From contig CBDCCZ010000010.1 in the NCBI GenBank assembly GCA_965215005.1, positions 32,001 through 96,000 of the forward strand: a DNA stretch of 64,000 nt, given 5' to 3'. Under the pieces are notes generated by a model that searched no databases, was not told where the DNA came from, and saw only the letters and a list, made by a program, of their open reading frames with translations. Of this stretch, positions 1 to 11,355 are shown in pieces. This DNA is from Kofleriaceae bacterium. GTDB taxonomy: Bacteria; Myxococcota_A; Polyangia; Haliangiales; Haliangiaceae. The translations under genes were made by a program, and so were the position numbers. Positions within the stretch are counted from its first letter, which is position 1. Every line of letters starts with the position of its first letter.

Positions 1-760
1 AGTTCAGCGGATTGTTCAAGCAGTCTTCGCTGAGGTTGAGCTTCTTCTTCTGCTCCACCTTCTCGCGTTCGACTTCCCGCTGGGCGCTGCGCACTTTGTT
101 CTGCCGCTCGCGCAGTCGGCTGAGCTGCTCTCTGGCCTTCTCGCGTTCAGCGGCACTCTCCGCGTCAGCGAGTTGTTGCTCGGCGGAATCGATCTCGCCG
201 GTGAGCGCGTCGAGCTCCTTCGATAACCGCTCGAGCTCCGCCGCCGCCATCGCCGCCTCCTTGCGCGCCTCTTCGGCATCAGCCTGCGCTGCCGCGGCGA
301 GACGCGACTTTTGATCCGCCTCGGCGCTCTTGTCATAGAGGTAATAGCCGAGGCCGCCGACGAGCAGCACCAACAGCCCGGCCACCGCGAGCAATCCCGT
401 GGGCCGCTTGCGCGCGACTTCCTGGCGCCGCAGCTCCATCTCCTGGACCAGCCGCTGCTGCTCGAGCTGCGCCTGCGCCTCGACCCGCGCCCGCGTCTCT
501 GTCTCTTGCAGGCGCATCCGCTCTTCACGCTCGGCGCGCTCGCGCTCATCGCGCACTTTGCGTTCCGCGTCTTCGACGTCGCGTCGCTTGCGATCTTCTT
601 CATCGCGAGCGCGACGTTCTGCTTCCATCTGCGCTTGTACTCGCTCGTGCTCGCGCCGTTGCACCTCTTCTTCTTCTTCGGCGACGCGGTCTTCTTCGAT
701 CTGCCGCAGCTCGCGCAGCGAGAAGAGGACAGAGTTTTCGCGTTTCTCGGGCTGTGACAT
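1..760 (-). CDS. Coiled-coil membrane protein (runs off the window start; 3' end missing)
   Basis: Translated by hand; not in the ORF track because no stop falls in the window. ATG at 760 with GAGG upstream; MSQPEKRENSVLFSLRELRQIEE..., then an E/R-rich coiled coil, one TM segment (GLLAVAGLLVLLVGGLGYYLY) and a second coiled coil. Confidence 0.8.
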   Translation of the reverse strand, partial: MSQPEKRENSVLFSLRELRQIEEDRVAEEEEEVQRREHERVQAQMEAERRARDEEDRKRRDVEDAERKVRDERERAEREERMRLQETETRARVEAQAQLEQQRLVQEMELRRQEVARKRPTGLLAVAGLLVLLVGGLGYYLYDKSAEADQKSRLAAAAQADAEEARKEAAMAAAELERLSKELDALTGEIDSAEQQLADAESAAEREKAREQLSRLRERQNKVRSAQREVEREKVEQKKKLNLSEDCLNNPLN

Positions 761-985
761 CGATTCCTCGCGCTATCGGTTGCAGCGTGCCGCGGAGCCC
801 CGCTCCCTGGAATCTCTATTTCTATCACTCACCTACCTAGCGAGCAACGCCGACTTTGGCAGCGCCGCTGCGCTTCCACGTCTACATCCGCCCACCCCGA
901 CACCTGCGGTATGCTGCCGCTTGCGCGCCGCGGCGCTCGCCTGCGTCGCGAGCACGGTGCTCGAGAGAAACGTTAGCCAACGCCC

Positions 986-1708
986 ATGGGTTACATCGAC
1001 TTGCATTCCCACGTCTTGCCGGGACTCGATGACGGCGCCCCCGATCCAGACGCCTCGCTGGCGATGCTGCGCGGGCTCGCCGACCTCGGGTTCGAAGCCG
1101 TCTGCGCTACGCCGCACCAGAAACTAGGCCAGTTCATGCCTTCGCTCGCAGCGATCGATGCGGCGCATCGCGACACCCGCCAGCGGCTCGAAGATCACGG
1201 GGTAGCACTGCGCCTGCCGCTCGCCGCCGAGAACATGTGGGACGCCACGTTCTACGAGCGCAGCGAGGCCGACTCGATTCCCAGCTATGACGACAGCAAC
1301 GCGTTCTTGGTCGAGCTGCCGGTCGCCGCGCTGCCCGTAGGACTCTTCGACCACCTGTTCCGTCTGCGCATGCGCGGCAAGCTGCCCGTGCTGGCTCATC
1401 CTGAGCGTTACCAACCGCTATGGAACGCCCCAGCGCTCCTCGATGCACTGCGCGCGCAGTGCGCGATGGTGGTCGACCTCGGTGCCGTCGCTGGTTACCA
1501 CGGCCGCCGCGAGGCCAAAGCCGCCCGGATGATGCTCAAGAAGGGCATTGCGCACGCGGTCGCCTCCGATGCTCATAGCCCCGCCGACATCGGGGTTGCC
1601 GCTGAGGGCATTGCATGGATCCGCAAGAAGCTCGGCGCAGCCGCGATCGAGCGTCTATTGAGCGCGAGCCCGCGCGCCATTCTCGCTGGCGAACATCCAT
1701 CTGGGTGA
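986..1708 (+). CDS. PHP-family protein-tyrosine phosphatase (CpsB/CapC/YwqE-like)
   Basis: [25 protein letters not shown] and ASDAH motifs. Confidence 0.9.
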   Translation: MGYIDLHSHVLPGLDDGAPDPDASLAMLRGLADLGFEAVCATPHQKLGQFMPSLAAIDAAHRDTRQRLEDHGVALRLPLAAENMWDATFYERSEADSIPSYDDSNAFLVELPVAALPVGLFDHLFRLRMRGKLPVLAHPERYQPLWNAPALLDALRAQCAMVVDLGAVAGYHGRREAKAARMMLKKGIAHAVASDAHSPADIGVAAEGIAWIRKKLGAAAIERLLSASPRAILAGEHPSG

Positions 1709-1810
1709 CCGCCGCACCCTTCTGGCGCCCTCGCTGCCACGGCCCGCTGCACGCTCGCTCTCGTGTATGCTCGAAAGTCGAGCCACGTCCTCCCACACCA
1801 CACTTGCTTC

Positions 1811-2857
1811 ATGCGCCTAGCCATCAACGTCTTCTTGTCACTCATCATGCTGGGCGTGTGTCTTTGGCTGGTTTGGCCAGGACCGGCAGAGCGAGCGCAA
1901 CTACATGCCGTGTTCTCGCAGCTCACGATTGCCGAGCTGTGGCCAACGCTGGCTGCGTATGGCGCGATGCTGGCGCTCACCCACTGGTGCCGCGCATGGC
2001 GCTGGAACAACTTACTCGCGCCGCTCGGCGCGCGCCTATCGCCAGCACGTCTGCTCGCGATCTCGTCCGTTGGATTCATGGCAATTCTGGCTCTGCCGGC
2101 GCGCTTGGGTGAATTCGTTCGCCCCGCGTTGGTCCGCGAGAAAGGCGCCCTGTCGGCGACAGCGGCGCTCGGCACGGTCGCCGTAGAGCGCATCGTCGAT
2201 GGCCTGTTGGTGTCGATTCTGGTGTTTGCGGCATTCTTCTCCCTGCGCGGCCCAAACGCGCCGGACTGGATGATGCCAACGGCTTACGTCGCCCTCGGCG
2301 TCTTTGCCGCAGCGATGACGTTCCTGGCCTTCGCCATGCGCTGGCCACAGCGCACCGTACACACCTGCGTCGCTCTCACGTTGGCTCCGTGGCTCGCCCC
2401 ACGGATCGCGCGCCTGCTCGAGCGCAAGCTACTAGCGCTCATCAGCGGGTTTATGGTCCTAAAGGACAAACGCAATCTAGCAATTTTTGTGGCTTGGAGT
2501 GTTATCTACTGGATCTGCAATGGCGTGAGCTTATGGCTACTGGCGCGCGGTATGGGCTTGCCGCTGTCGCTCGTGGGCGCGTTCGCCACGATGGGGCTCG
2601 TGGCGGTTGGAATCACGCTGCCCAACTCCCCCGGGCTCGTCGGCCAATACCAGTACTTCACGCAGCTCGGACTGTCGCTCTACCTCGGCAAGGCGGTCGG
2701 CATGGGCGGCGCGGGGCTCGCGTTCGCGATCGTGCTGCACGGCCTTCAGGTGCTTTGGTACATCGGCGCCGGCGCGATCGCGCTGGCCACCCCTTACGTC
2801 TCGATCGACGAGCTCTGGCGCGCCCGCGAGCCGGTGCTGTCGGCCGGCGACGCCTGA
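1811..2857 (+). CDS. Lysylphosphatidylglycerol synthase TM-domain (flippase-like) membrane protein
   Basis: Multi-TM protein with [22 protein letters not shown] and LPNSPGLVG motifs; start placed at ATG 1811. Confidence 0.85.
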   Translation: MRLAINVFLSLIMLGVCLWLVWPGPAERAQLHAVFSQLTIAELWPTLAAYGAMLALTHWCRAWRWNNLLAPLGARLSPARLLAISSVGFMAILALPARLGEFVRPALVREKGALSATAALGTVAVERIVDGLLVSILVFAAFFSLRGPNAPDWMMPTAYVALGVFAAAMTFLAFAMRWPQRTVHTCVALTLAPWLAPRIARLLERKLLALISGFMVLKDKRNLAIFVAWSVIYWICNGVSLWLLARGMGLPLSLVGAFATMGLVAVGITLPNSPGLVGQYQYFTQLGLSLYLGKAVGMGGAGLAFAIVLHGLQVLWYIGAGAIALATPYVSIDELWRAREPVLSAGDA

Positions 2858-2890
2858 GGCATCGACAGGCGACTGCGGTACAGTCCCGCG

Positions 2891-3936
<1,046 letters not shown>

Positions 3937-3946
<10 letters not shown>

Positions 3947-4992
3947 TGCTCGCCCTCGCCGTGCTCACCGCGTGCTCGGCAGCGCCGCTTCATCCAGATC
4001 TTGCGGCGGCCGAAGACCACGAGCACCGCGGCGATTACGAGCAAGCGCTGCGTGCCTATCGCGCTGCGCAGCGAAGTTGCCTCGACATCGATGGGCCTCG
4101 ACGGCGCCGCGCGCGCTGCCGGCAGGCGCATCTGCAGCATGCCGAGCTGTTGACGCGAATGGGCCGGCATCCGCAAGCCTTGACCGCCTACGACGCCATC
4201 GCGACGGCCTTACCCGGCGATCGCCTCGCGGCGGCCGAGGCGGACTATCGCGCGGGCCGGCTCGAGCTCGAGCATGGTGACGAAGCGGCCGGCTATCGTC
4301 GCCTGTGGCGAGTGGTGACCCATTACGCTGACCAGCCGTTCGCGGTCGACGCGCTGAAAGTCCTGGTGCGCGATGGGCGTCAGCGCGACGCCGACGCGCT
4401 GTATCGTGAGCTCACGCGGGTGCTCGCGACCGCGCCGCGCTCGGCCATCACCGACAATCTTCATCTTCACCTGGCCGAGCTCGCAGAGCACGAGCGCAAC
4501 GATGTCGCGGCTGCGCGAATGCACCTCGATGCGATCGCCGAGCGCGAGGGCAGTCCGCTGCGCGACGATGCCTTGTGGCACGGCGCTGCCCTGGCGCGCC
4601 AAACTGGCGATGCCGCCGGGGCCGTGACGCGGCTGCGAGCGTTGCTGGCAACCCGGGAAGTGCCTCTAGGCGGCATTGGCTCGTACTTCTCGGTGTGGCT
4701 CGACAATGCGCAGCTCGAGCTCGGCCGCATCTTGCGCGATGACTTGCGCGATCTACACGGCGCACTCAAGGCATTTCAGCAATTACCCGAAGACTATCCC
4801 GCCTCGGTGCTGCAAGACGATGCGCAGTGGGAAATCGCTCGCACGCACGAGCAACTGGGCGATGTCGCCGCTGCCTGCAAGTCGCTCGAGCGACTCGCGC
4901 GCCGCTGGCCTGATTCCAAGTACGAGCTCGACCGTGCGCCGGCGCTGCGCCAAACCCTGCGATGCGCCGCGCCCCCTACCAGCCGCCAATGA
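3937..4992 (+). CDS. Tetratricopeptide-repeat lipoprotein
   Basis: Lipobox LTAC; helical TPR-like repeats; overlaps both neighbouring genes. Confidence 0.8.
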
Positions 4993-5735
4993 CTGCGTTC
5001 ATCGAGCTCGCCGGCGTGCACAAGCAGTTCGGCCGTGCGCCATTGCTGCAAGGAGTCGATTTGGCCATCGCCGCCGGCTCGCGCATCGGCGTCATCGGCC
5101 CAGCCGCGAGCGGCAAGAGCGTGCTCCTAAAGCTCCTCTGCGGCCTCTTACGCGCCGATCGCGGCACCATCCGCATCGCCGAAGATGCGCTCGAGGAGCT
5201 CGATGAAAACCAGCTCATGCGAGTGCGAGCGCGCATCGGAATGCTGTTTCAGAACTATGCCCTGTTCGACTTCATGACCGTCGGCGACAACGTCGCCTTT
5301 CCCCTAGTTCGACTGGGAGGAATCGACCGCGCCGAGATTGATGACCGCGTGCACACGCGACTGCGACAAGTGGGACTGGCCGGCAGCGAAGACAAGATGC
5401 CCGCCGAGCTCTCCGGCGGAATGAAAAAGCGCGTCGGAATCGCCCGAGCAACCATCGCCCGTCCAGAGATCGCTATCTACGACGAGCCGACCGCCGGGCT
5501 CGATCCAGTGACCACCTCCAAAGTCTACGATCTGCTCGCGTCAGACCAACAACAGACCGGCTGCACCGTTATTGCAGTCTCCTCCGACGTCGCCGCGCTC
5601 ACTCGATTTGCCGATACCATCGCTATGCTATACGACGGCCGCATCCACTTCGTCGGCAGCGCCGATGCTCTGCGCGACGCCGATGATCCGTTGGTCCGCC
5701 AGTTCGTCCGCGGCGATCTCGAGGGCCCTCTCTAG
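4989..5735 (+). CDS. ABC transporter ATP-binding protein, MlaF/Mkl family
   Basis: Walker [18 protein letters not shown] signature, [14 protein letters not shown] overlap with the upstream stop. Confidence 0.9.
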   Translation: MTAFIELAGVHKQFGRAPLLQGVDLAIAAGSRIGVIGPAASGKSVLLKLLCGLLRADRGTIRIAEDALEELDENQLMRVRARIGMLFQNYALFDFMTVGDNVAFPLVRLGGIDRAEIDDRVHTRLRQVGLAGSEDKMPAELSGGMKKRVGIARATIARPEIAIYDEPTAGLDPVTTSKVYDLLASDQQQTGCTVIAVSSDVAALTRFADTIAMLYDGRIHFVGSADALRDADDPLVRQFVRGDLEGPL

Positions 5736-5905
5736 CAAGAGACGGCGCTCGTTGACTCGACTTCACCCCGGCGAACCTTCGTGGTGCGTTTCACCTCGTC
5801 GCTCGCGATCTGAGCCCGTTCTCGCGTTGTTCTGAAGAACCCGGGATCAATTCGCGCGGTCCTCCGCTTTAGGAGCATCTGCAACCCTAACGGAGCGAAG
5901 TAATC

Positions 5906-6277
5906 ATGCGAATTGTCACTCTTGTTCTCGGAATCCTCGGCGCGTTGATTTGTGCAGCACTGGCCACGACGTGGCTGTCGGATGCATCGGAGATGCGCGC
6001 GCTCATCGATGAACTACGCGCGGCGGGTGTGGCCGACCAAATTGACTCGATTGTCCGCGGCAGCTATGCGCTGCTGGCGTCTGCTGTTCTCGGCATTGCT
6101 GGTGGCGTGCTCACCATGAAGCATCAGGGCCGGCTCGGCGCTGCGCTGTTCGCTATTGCCGTCGTGCTTCCCGTGATCTTCACGGCGAAGGCGCTCCTAG
6201 GGACGTTTTTATTCGTCGCTGCCGCAGGCTGCGCGCTCAAGGTCGGAACGAAGAGCAAGTTCGCTCGCGCGGCCTAG
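5906..6277 (+). CDS. Small integral membrane protein (about 4 TM)
   Basis: GGAG RBS-like sequence upstream; hydrophobic helices. Confidence 0.75.
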   Translation: MRIVTLVLGILGALICAALATTWLSDASEMRALIDELRAAGVADQIDSIVRGSYALLASAVLGIAGGVLTMKHQGRLGAALFAIAVVLPVIFTAKALLGTFLFVAAAGCALKVGTKSKFARAA

Positions 6278-6867
6278 CCTTGCGGCGGGCCGTTGCCGAC
6301 TCGTGTTGAGTCGAGCGACGCCCAGCTCGATTCCGCCAGCTCGCGCGATGGGGAAAGCTCATTGAGCCGTTGCCGGAGCGCAGCGCGCGCCCGCGCCATT
6401 CGACTGCGCACGGTGTGCTCGGAGATGTCGAGCACCTGTGCGATTTCTCTTCCACTCATCCCCTCCCAGTAAGCGAGCTCGAGGACGATTTGACTGTGAA
6501 CAGGAATATGCTGCATCGCCAGTAAAAGCAGCCGTTCCTGCTGATTTCGCGCGACCTTCTGGCTTGGCGACGTTCCGCAGTGAGCAATGCAATCGATATC
6601 CAGATCGACCGCTTGGCGCCTGCGTAAACGATCATAGAGCCGATTGCGAGCGATTCCAAAGAGGTACGCACGAAACTCCCCCTCGGTGACCCGGTCGCAA
6701 CTCTCAATGCAGCCGAGCAGCGTCTGCTGCACCAAATCCTCCACCTCGTCGCCTACTTTGGTTCGAAAGAAGCGGTGGAGACTGGCAAAGTAGCGCTGCA
6801 AGAGAGAGTCCGCTGCAGCCTTGTCGCCGGCTCGCCAAGCGAGCAAAAGCTCCTCATCGCTTTTCAC
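6274..6867 (-). CDS. ECF RNA polymerase sigma factor
   Basis: SDEELLLAWRAGD, VEDLVQQT, FRAYLFGIARN, and region 4 HTH (EIAQVLDISEHTVRSRMARAR); GTG start inferred at 6867. Confidence 0.9.
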   Translation of the reverse strand: MKSDEELLLAWRAGDKAAADSLLQRYFASLHRFFRTKVGDEVEDLVQQTLLGCIESCDRVTEGEFRAYLFGIARNRLYDRLRRRQAVDLDIDCIAHCGTSPSQKVARNQQERLLLLAMQHIPVHSQIVLELAYWEGMSGREIAQVLDISEHTVRSRMARARAALRQRLNELSPSRELAESSWASLDSTRVGNGPPQG

Positions 6868-6892
6868 CGTGGCTGCTATAGCATACGAGTTG
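6868..6892. promoter_or_regulatory. Candidate bidirectional promoter between the ECF sigma and kinase genes
   Basis: 25-bp gap between divergent inferred GTG starts; contains the perfect palindrome TGCTATAGCA (6874-6883), which resembles an extended -10 element on both strands. Confidence 0.4.
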
Positions 6893-9841
6893 GTGGCGGT
6901 GGATCCTGATTTCGACGCGCAAGAGCTTGATCGAGTGCTCGGCCTGGCTCGTCCAAATGACGACGATCTGGCCGTGCAGACGGCACTCCGAAACGTGCGC
7001 CGCCGTATGCTCGGCCTCGACTCCGACGCACCCACAGTCGGCCGTTTCGTCATCCTCGGCCAGCTCGGCTGCGGCGCCATGGGCGACGTGTTTGAGGCTT
7101 ACGACCCAAAGCTCGAGCGCAAGGTCGCACTCAAGGTCATCCGCGGTCAGGGAACGGTGTCGGCGAGTCGCCTGTTGCGTGAGGCTCGCGCGCTGGCGCG
7201 AGTCTCTCATCCCAATGTCATTGCGGTCTACGATGCCGAGGCCAAGGAGGACCGCCTGTTCCTCGCCATGGAGCTGGTTCGCGGGCAAAATCTTGCGCAG
7301 TGGCTGCGCAGCGCGCGACGGTCCCAGGCCGACATCGCCGCCGTATTCGTGGATGCAGGACGCGGTCTTCGTGCCGCACACGCCGCGGGCATCGTTCACG
7401 GCGACTTCAAGCCGGAGAACGTGCTGGTGGGCGATGACGGTCGCGTTCGCGTTGCCGACTTTGGGCTTGCCCGATCCGTGGAAGATTCGCGCGCAACTCG
7501 CTCACCAGAGAACACAGCAGTAACGCACACGGCCCAGACCGGCGGCACACCGGCCTATATGGCCCCCGAAGTGACCGCGGGTCATCCGGCTACCCCGCAG
7601 AGTGATCAATACAGTTTCTGCGTTAGCTTGATAGAAGCAATCGCGGGCCGGAGACCGATTCCGGGCTCGGCAACGCCTCCCTTGGTGAGCAAGCGGATCA
7701 CGCGCCTCGTGCGAGCAGGGCTTTCCGTGACCGCCGACGATCGCCTGCCCGACCTCGATTCGCTGGTCAGCGCGCTCGAGCGGCGCTCGACCCGGCGGCC
7801 GCGCCGCATCAGCGCGGCCATTCTCGCCGTCATCCTCGCCGCTGCCGCTGCCGCCGGTTGGCATCATTATCACCAAGCAGATCCAGCCGAGCAGTGCCGC
7901 CTCGGTGCATCCGCCTTCGAACGAGCGTGGGACGCGCAAACAAAATCGGCGCTGCTCGCGCGCTGGTCGGCATACTCGCCGGTGGCCGCCAACATCAGCT
8001 CGAGTCTCGATCGCTATGGGGAGCGCTGGCGCGAGGCCCATACGAGCGTCTGCGACGCCACGCACACTCACAAGCAGCAGTCCATGGCGCTTCTCGACCG
8101 CAAAATGGAGTGCCTCGAGCAGCGACGCCAGGATGTCCAGCAACTGCTCGTCGCCTGGATGCACAGCGATCCCGACCGTTCGGTACCACAGGCCAAAAAC
8201 TCGGTTGCTCGCCTTACCGCTGCCGATGACTGCCTGAGCTCTACGACCATCGGCGGCGCTGCCAAGCCCGCAGACGCGGCGCTGCGTGGCGAGGTGACGG
8301 CGATCGACCAGATGCTGTCTAAGACCCGATCACTCAGAACACAGGGGAAGCTTGGCCAAGCCGAAGCGCTCGCGCGCGCGGCGTTGGTGCGCGCAGAACG
8401 AACCGACTTTCGCCCGATCATCGCCAGGGCGCTGTTTGAGCTCGGGTACCTATTGCACGACTTCGGAGATCCGGAGACCTTGAGCGTTATGCGCCGCGCG
8501 ATGACCGTAGCCGCGCAAGCGGGAGATCAGGCTCGCGCGGCCGAGGCCGGCATCATCGTGCTGTCGGCGCTGATCTCCATTCGCGAGTACGACAGCGCGG
8601 AAGCCATTGTTCCCCATGTTCGCGCCGCCGTTGAACGGTCGCCGAATCCGCGGAGCAGACAAGCAAGACTCGATTATCTTCAAGGTCAATTGGCTGCGAG
8701 AAAGGGGGACCTGGATCGGGCTGAGGAAATGCTGCGCGGAGCGGCGGAATCTGTGGCCGCAACCATCGACCCGGACATCGGCTGGATCATCACCAACGAG
8801 CTGGGCAACGTGCTGCGCAAGCAGGGGAAGCTGGCACAGGCAGCGGCCACTCTCAACGAGACCACTGTCCTGGCCGAGCGCGCCGTTGGTGCCAATCATC
8901 CGCAGCTTGCGCATGCACTACACAGCTTGGGCGCCGTGCTCACGGAGCAGGCGCGCTATGAGGAGGCTCGGGCCATTCTCGAGAGAGCACTCGCCATCGT
9001 CAAGGCGGGACACGAGCGCAACTCGGTACTGCTGGTAGCGCTGCACAGCAACCTCAGCGGCCTGGAGCAGAACATGGGCAACTACGAAGCGGCCTTGCGA
9101 CACGTTCAGGCGGCAATCGATGCCGAAGCAGCAAGCTCTGCGCCGGAAGTCTACCGACAGAAGCTGTTCCTCTCGCAACACGGCAGAGTACTGCTCTCGA
9201 TGGGTAGAGCAGCCGAAGCACTGTCAAAGCTCAATCGCGCCATCGAGGGCCTAGAAGAACGATACGAGGAAGACCCGCTCGCCGCCGAGATTCTCGCTGC
9301 CAGGGGTCACGCGCAGCAGCGGCTCGGCAACTACAAAGCCGCCTTCGCCGACCTACAGCGAGCCATTACGATCACTGAGGTGCACAGCGGACGAGACCAC
9401 GTTAGTCTTGCCTCTCCGCTCTATAGACTGGGCGACCTGCTACGACGGCGTGGCGACCACCGCGCGGCCCGTGCGGCCTGTCAGCGCGGCCTGGATGTCT
9501 CCCTCAAAGCGCTTGGTCCCGACCATCCAAGCCATGTTGCCGGCTACACCTGCCTCGCTCTGGCCGAGCTCGCGCTCGAGCACGATGCTGCAGCCGAGCG
9601 CGCCGCCGACTTGGCGCTGAAAATCGCCAACTCGGCCGTTGGAAAGCAGCTAGCGACTGCCGCTGCACTCGCTGTCAAAGCAGACGTGCAGTGGCGTGAC
9701 GGCAATCGCTGCGCAGCCGTCGAGCTGAACCAACGCGCCAGCGCGTCCGCGAAGATGCTCACGCCCGGCGACGACACCTACGAGGAGGTTGCCTCCCTTC
9801 GCCGTCGCTGGCGCTCTCGTCAAGCCATCGGCTGCGACTAA
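6893..9841 (+). CDS. Ser/Thr protein kinase with TM segment and TPR repeats
   Basis: LGCGAMG, VALK, HGDFKPEN, DFG and GTPAYMAPE; a TM helix; long C-terminal TPR array. Confidence 0.92.
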   Translation: MAVDPDFDAQELDRVLGLARPNDDDLAVQTALRNVRRRMLGLDSDAPTVGRFVILGQLGCGAMGDVFEAYDPKLERKVALKVIRGQGTVSASRLLREARALARVSHPNVIAVYDAEAKEDRLFLAMELVRGQNLAQWLRSARRSQADIAAVFVDAGRGLRAAHAAGIVHGDFKPENVLVGDDGRVRVADFGLARSVEDSRATRSPENTAVTHTAQTGGTPAYMAPEVTAGHPATPQSDQYSFCVSLIEAIAGRRPIPGSATPPLVSKRITRLVRAGLSVTADDRLPDLDSLVSALERRSTRRPRRISAAILAVILAAAAAAGWHHYHQADPAEQCRLGASAFERAWDAQTKSALLARWSAYSPVAANISSSLDRYGERWREAHTSVCDATHTHKQQSMALLDRKMECLEQRRQDVQQLLVAWMHSDPDRSVPQAKNSVARLTAADDCLSSTTIGGAAKPADAALRGEVTAIDQMLSKTRSLRTQGKLGQAEALARAALVRAERTDFRPIIARALFELGYLLHDFGDPETLSVMRRAMTVAAQAGDQARAAEAGIIVLSALISIREYDSAEAIVPHVRAAVERSPNPRSRQARLDYLQGQLAARKGDLDRAEEMLRGAAESVAATIDPDIGWIITNELGNVLRKQGKLAQAAATLNETTVLAERAVGANHPQLAHALHSLGAVLTEQARYEEARAILERALAIVKAGHERNSVLLVALHSNLSGLEQNMGNYEAALRHVQAAIDAEAASSAPEVYRQKLFLSQHGRVLLSMGRAAEALSKLNRAIEGLEERYEEDPLAAEILAARGHAQQRLGNYKAAFADLQRAITITEVHSGRDHVSLASPLYRLGDLLRRRGDHRAARAACQRGLDVSLKALGPDHPSHVAGYTCLALAELALEHDAAAERAADLALKIANSAVGKQLATAAALAVKADVQWRDGNRCAAVELNQRASASAKMLTPGDDTYEEVASLRRRWRSRQAIGCD

Positions 9842-9935
9842 TGACCCGCTTGCCGCCGCGTCGGCCACGCGAACGTCCACCTCCAAGGTCTACGGTCTGC
9901 TCGCGTGCTTACCCTAGGCCCTCGTCCAGGATCCT

Positions 9936-11303
9936 TCACTCGTTCTCTGCCTTTTCGAGCAGCGCTTCTAATTCTGAACGGCTGAGCTCGCTTGGGTTGC
10001 CGGCGACTGGCCAAGACTGGACGAAACGCGTGGGAGTGACGCCGTGGTCGCGCAGCGCGCGCAAGAGGCCGCGCGTTCGTGAGCTGACAGCCGTGGTGCC
10101 CGCGCGGGTGAACCAGCCGAGGTCGCCTTGGAACAGGAGCTCCGCTCCTGGCACGTAGAACACGATGTATTCGTCGGTGTGGTCGGACGCGCTGCCGATG
10201 TCGATTGCTTCGATACGACCATCGGGGCTCCGCCACCGACCCTCGAACACCTCGAGGGAGGCATCGCGCGGTCGCTGAGCCAAGGCATCGGGTCGCAACG
10301 TGAAGGCCCTAGTCAGCAACGAGCGAATCAGTGACGACGTTTGCGGTGTGGTTACAATCTTTGCCCCCGCGGCGGCGAATGCGCGCGCGGCACCCGCGTA
10401 ATGCGGATGATGGTGGCCGACCAACAGTGTGGTCACGGGCTTGTTGGGAAAGCGTGTGGCCAACGCGCCAATGATTGCTTCGCCCACGAAGCTCGAGACC
10501 GGCGCCTCCATCACCGTAAGCGCCTCGCTGCCTTCGAGAACGAGGACGCGCGAGTCAGTCGTGTCGATTTCAATCGACCACAGCCCATCGTCGAGCTGGA
10601 CGAACGAGAGCCGGGGCGGGACCGGCGGGCTATCGACGCACGGCTGCGAGGGCCGCACCGGCGCATCACGCGGCGGCGTGATGGCCTCGGCGGAGGCGCG
10701 TGCCGAGGTGAGCGTGAGGTCGAGCTCGTTTGGCTCTTCGGGCTCGAACTGGCGAACCTCGAGGTGCAGTGGGACCACGAGGCCGTCCTGCCGCTCGTAG
10801 TCGCGATAGCTCACGCGATGACGCACGTCCCCGAGGCGGGCATGGGCGAGAGAAAGCTCGATCGCATCGATGGTCTCGCCGCGCACCACCTCACTTCCCT
10901 CCGCCTCGGCAAACACCTCCGGCAGCCCTTGCTGAGCCTGATGGCGAAGCCAATCGGCCTGACATCCGATGACGCGGTTCCATTCGTGACCAGTCTGATG
11001 CCATACGTCTGGCCCCACCACGATGGTCGTCTCGGCCTCCAGCACCGCTCCCTGCGGGTCATAAAGGACTGCGTCGTAGCGCACCCGATCGCCATCGCGT
11101 GCCCACACCGCCTTGATCGGGTACTCCTTCGCTTCTCCAGGGCGACGGTAGTGCCCGAAGTATCTCAACGTTCCTTCATAGGAAACCGTGACGCCGCTCG
11201 CTCGCGGCTCGCTCTGCCGCTTCACCTGCCGCGGCGCGGTGGTGCCGGAGCAGCCGGCCACCGCGGAGAGCAGCGCTAGAATCGTTAGATATCGCGATTT
11301 CAT
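9936..11303 (-). CDS. Lipoprotein with C-terminal metallo-beta-lactamase-fold domain
   Basis: Lipobox VAGC; degenerate MBL motif GHHHPHYAG, DHT and LFQGDL. Confidence 0.75.
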   Translation of the reverse strand: MKSRYLTILALLSAVAGCSGTTAPRQVKRQSEPRASGVTVSYEGTLRYFGHYRRPGEAKEYPIKAVWARDGDRVRYDAVLYDPQGAVLEAETTIVVGPDVWHQTGHEWNRVIGCQADWLRHQAQQGLPEVFAEAEGSEVVRGETIDAIELSLAHARLGDVRHRVSYRDYERQDGLVVPLHLEVRQFEPEEPNELDLTLTSARASAEAITPPRDAPVRPSQPCVDSPPVPPRLSFVQLDDGLWSIEIDTTDSRVLVLEGSEALTVMEAPVSSFVGEAIIGALATRFPNKPVTTLLVGHHHPHYAGAARAFAAAGAKIVTTPQTSSLIRSLLTRAFTLRPDALAQRPRDASLEVFEGRWRSPDGRIEAIDIGSASDHTDEYIVFYVPGAELLFQGDLGWFTRAGTTAVSSRTRGLLRALRDHGVTPTRFVQSWPVAGNPSELSRSELEALLEKAENE

Positions 11304-11355
11304 AAATATCCGATCGATGCCACCAACGCCGCAACCAAGGCGATTGCATCGCTTG

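Noticed and set aside
16..828. 270-aa minus-strand ORF and overlapping plus-strand ORFs in the track
   Set aside because: Wrong frame or strand; the credible gene starts at ATG 760 and runs off the window.
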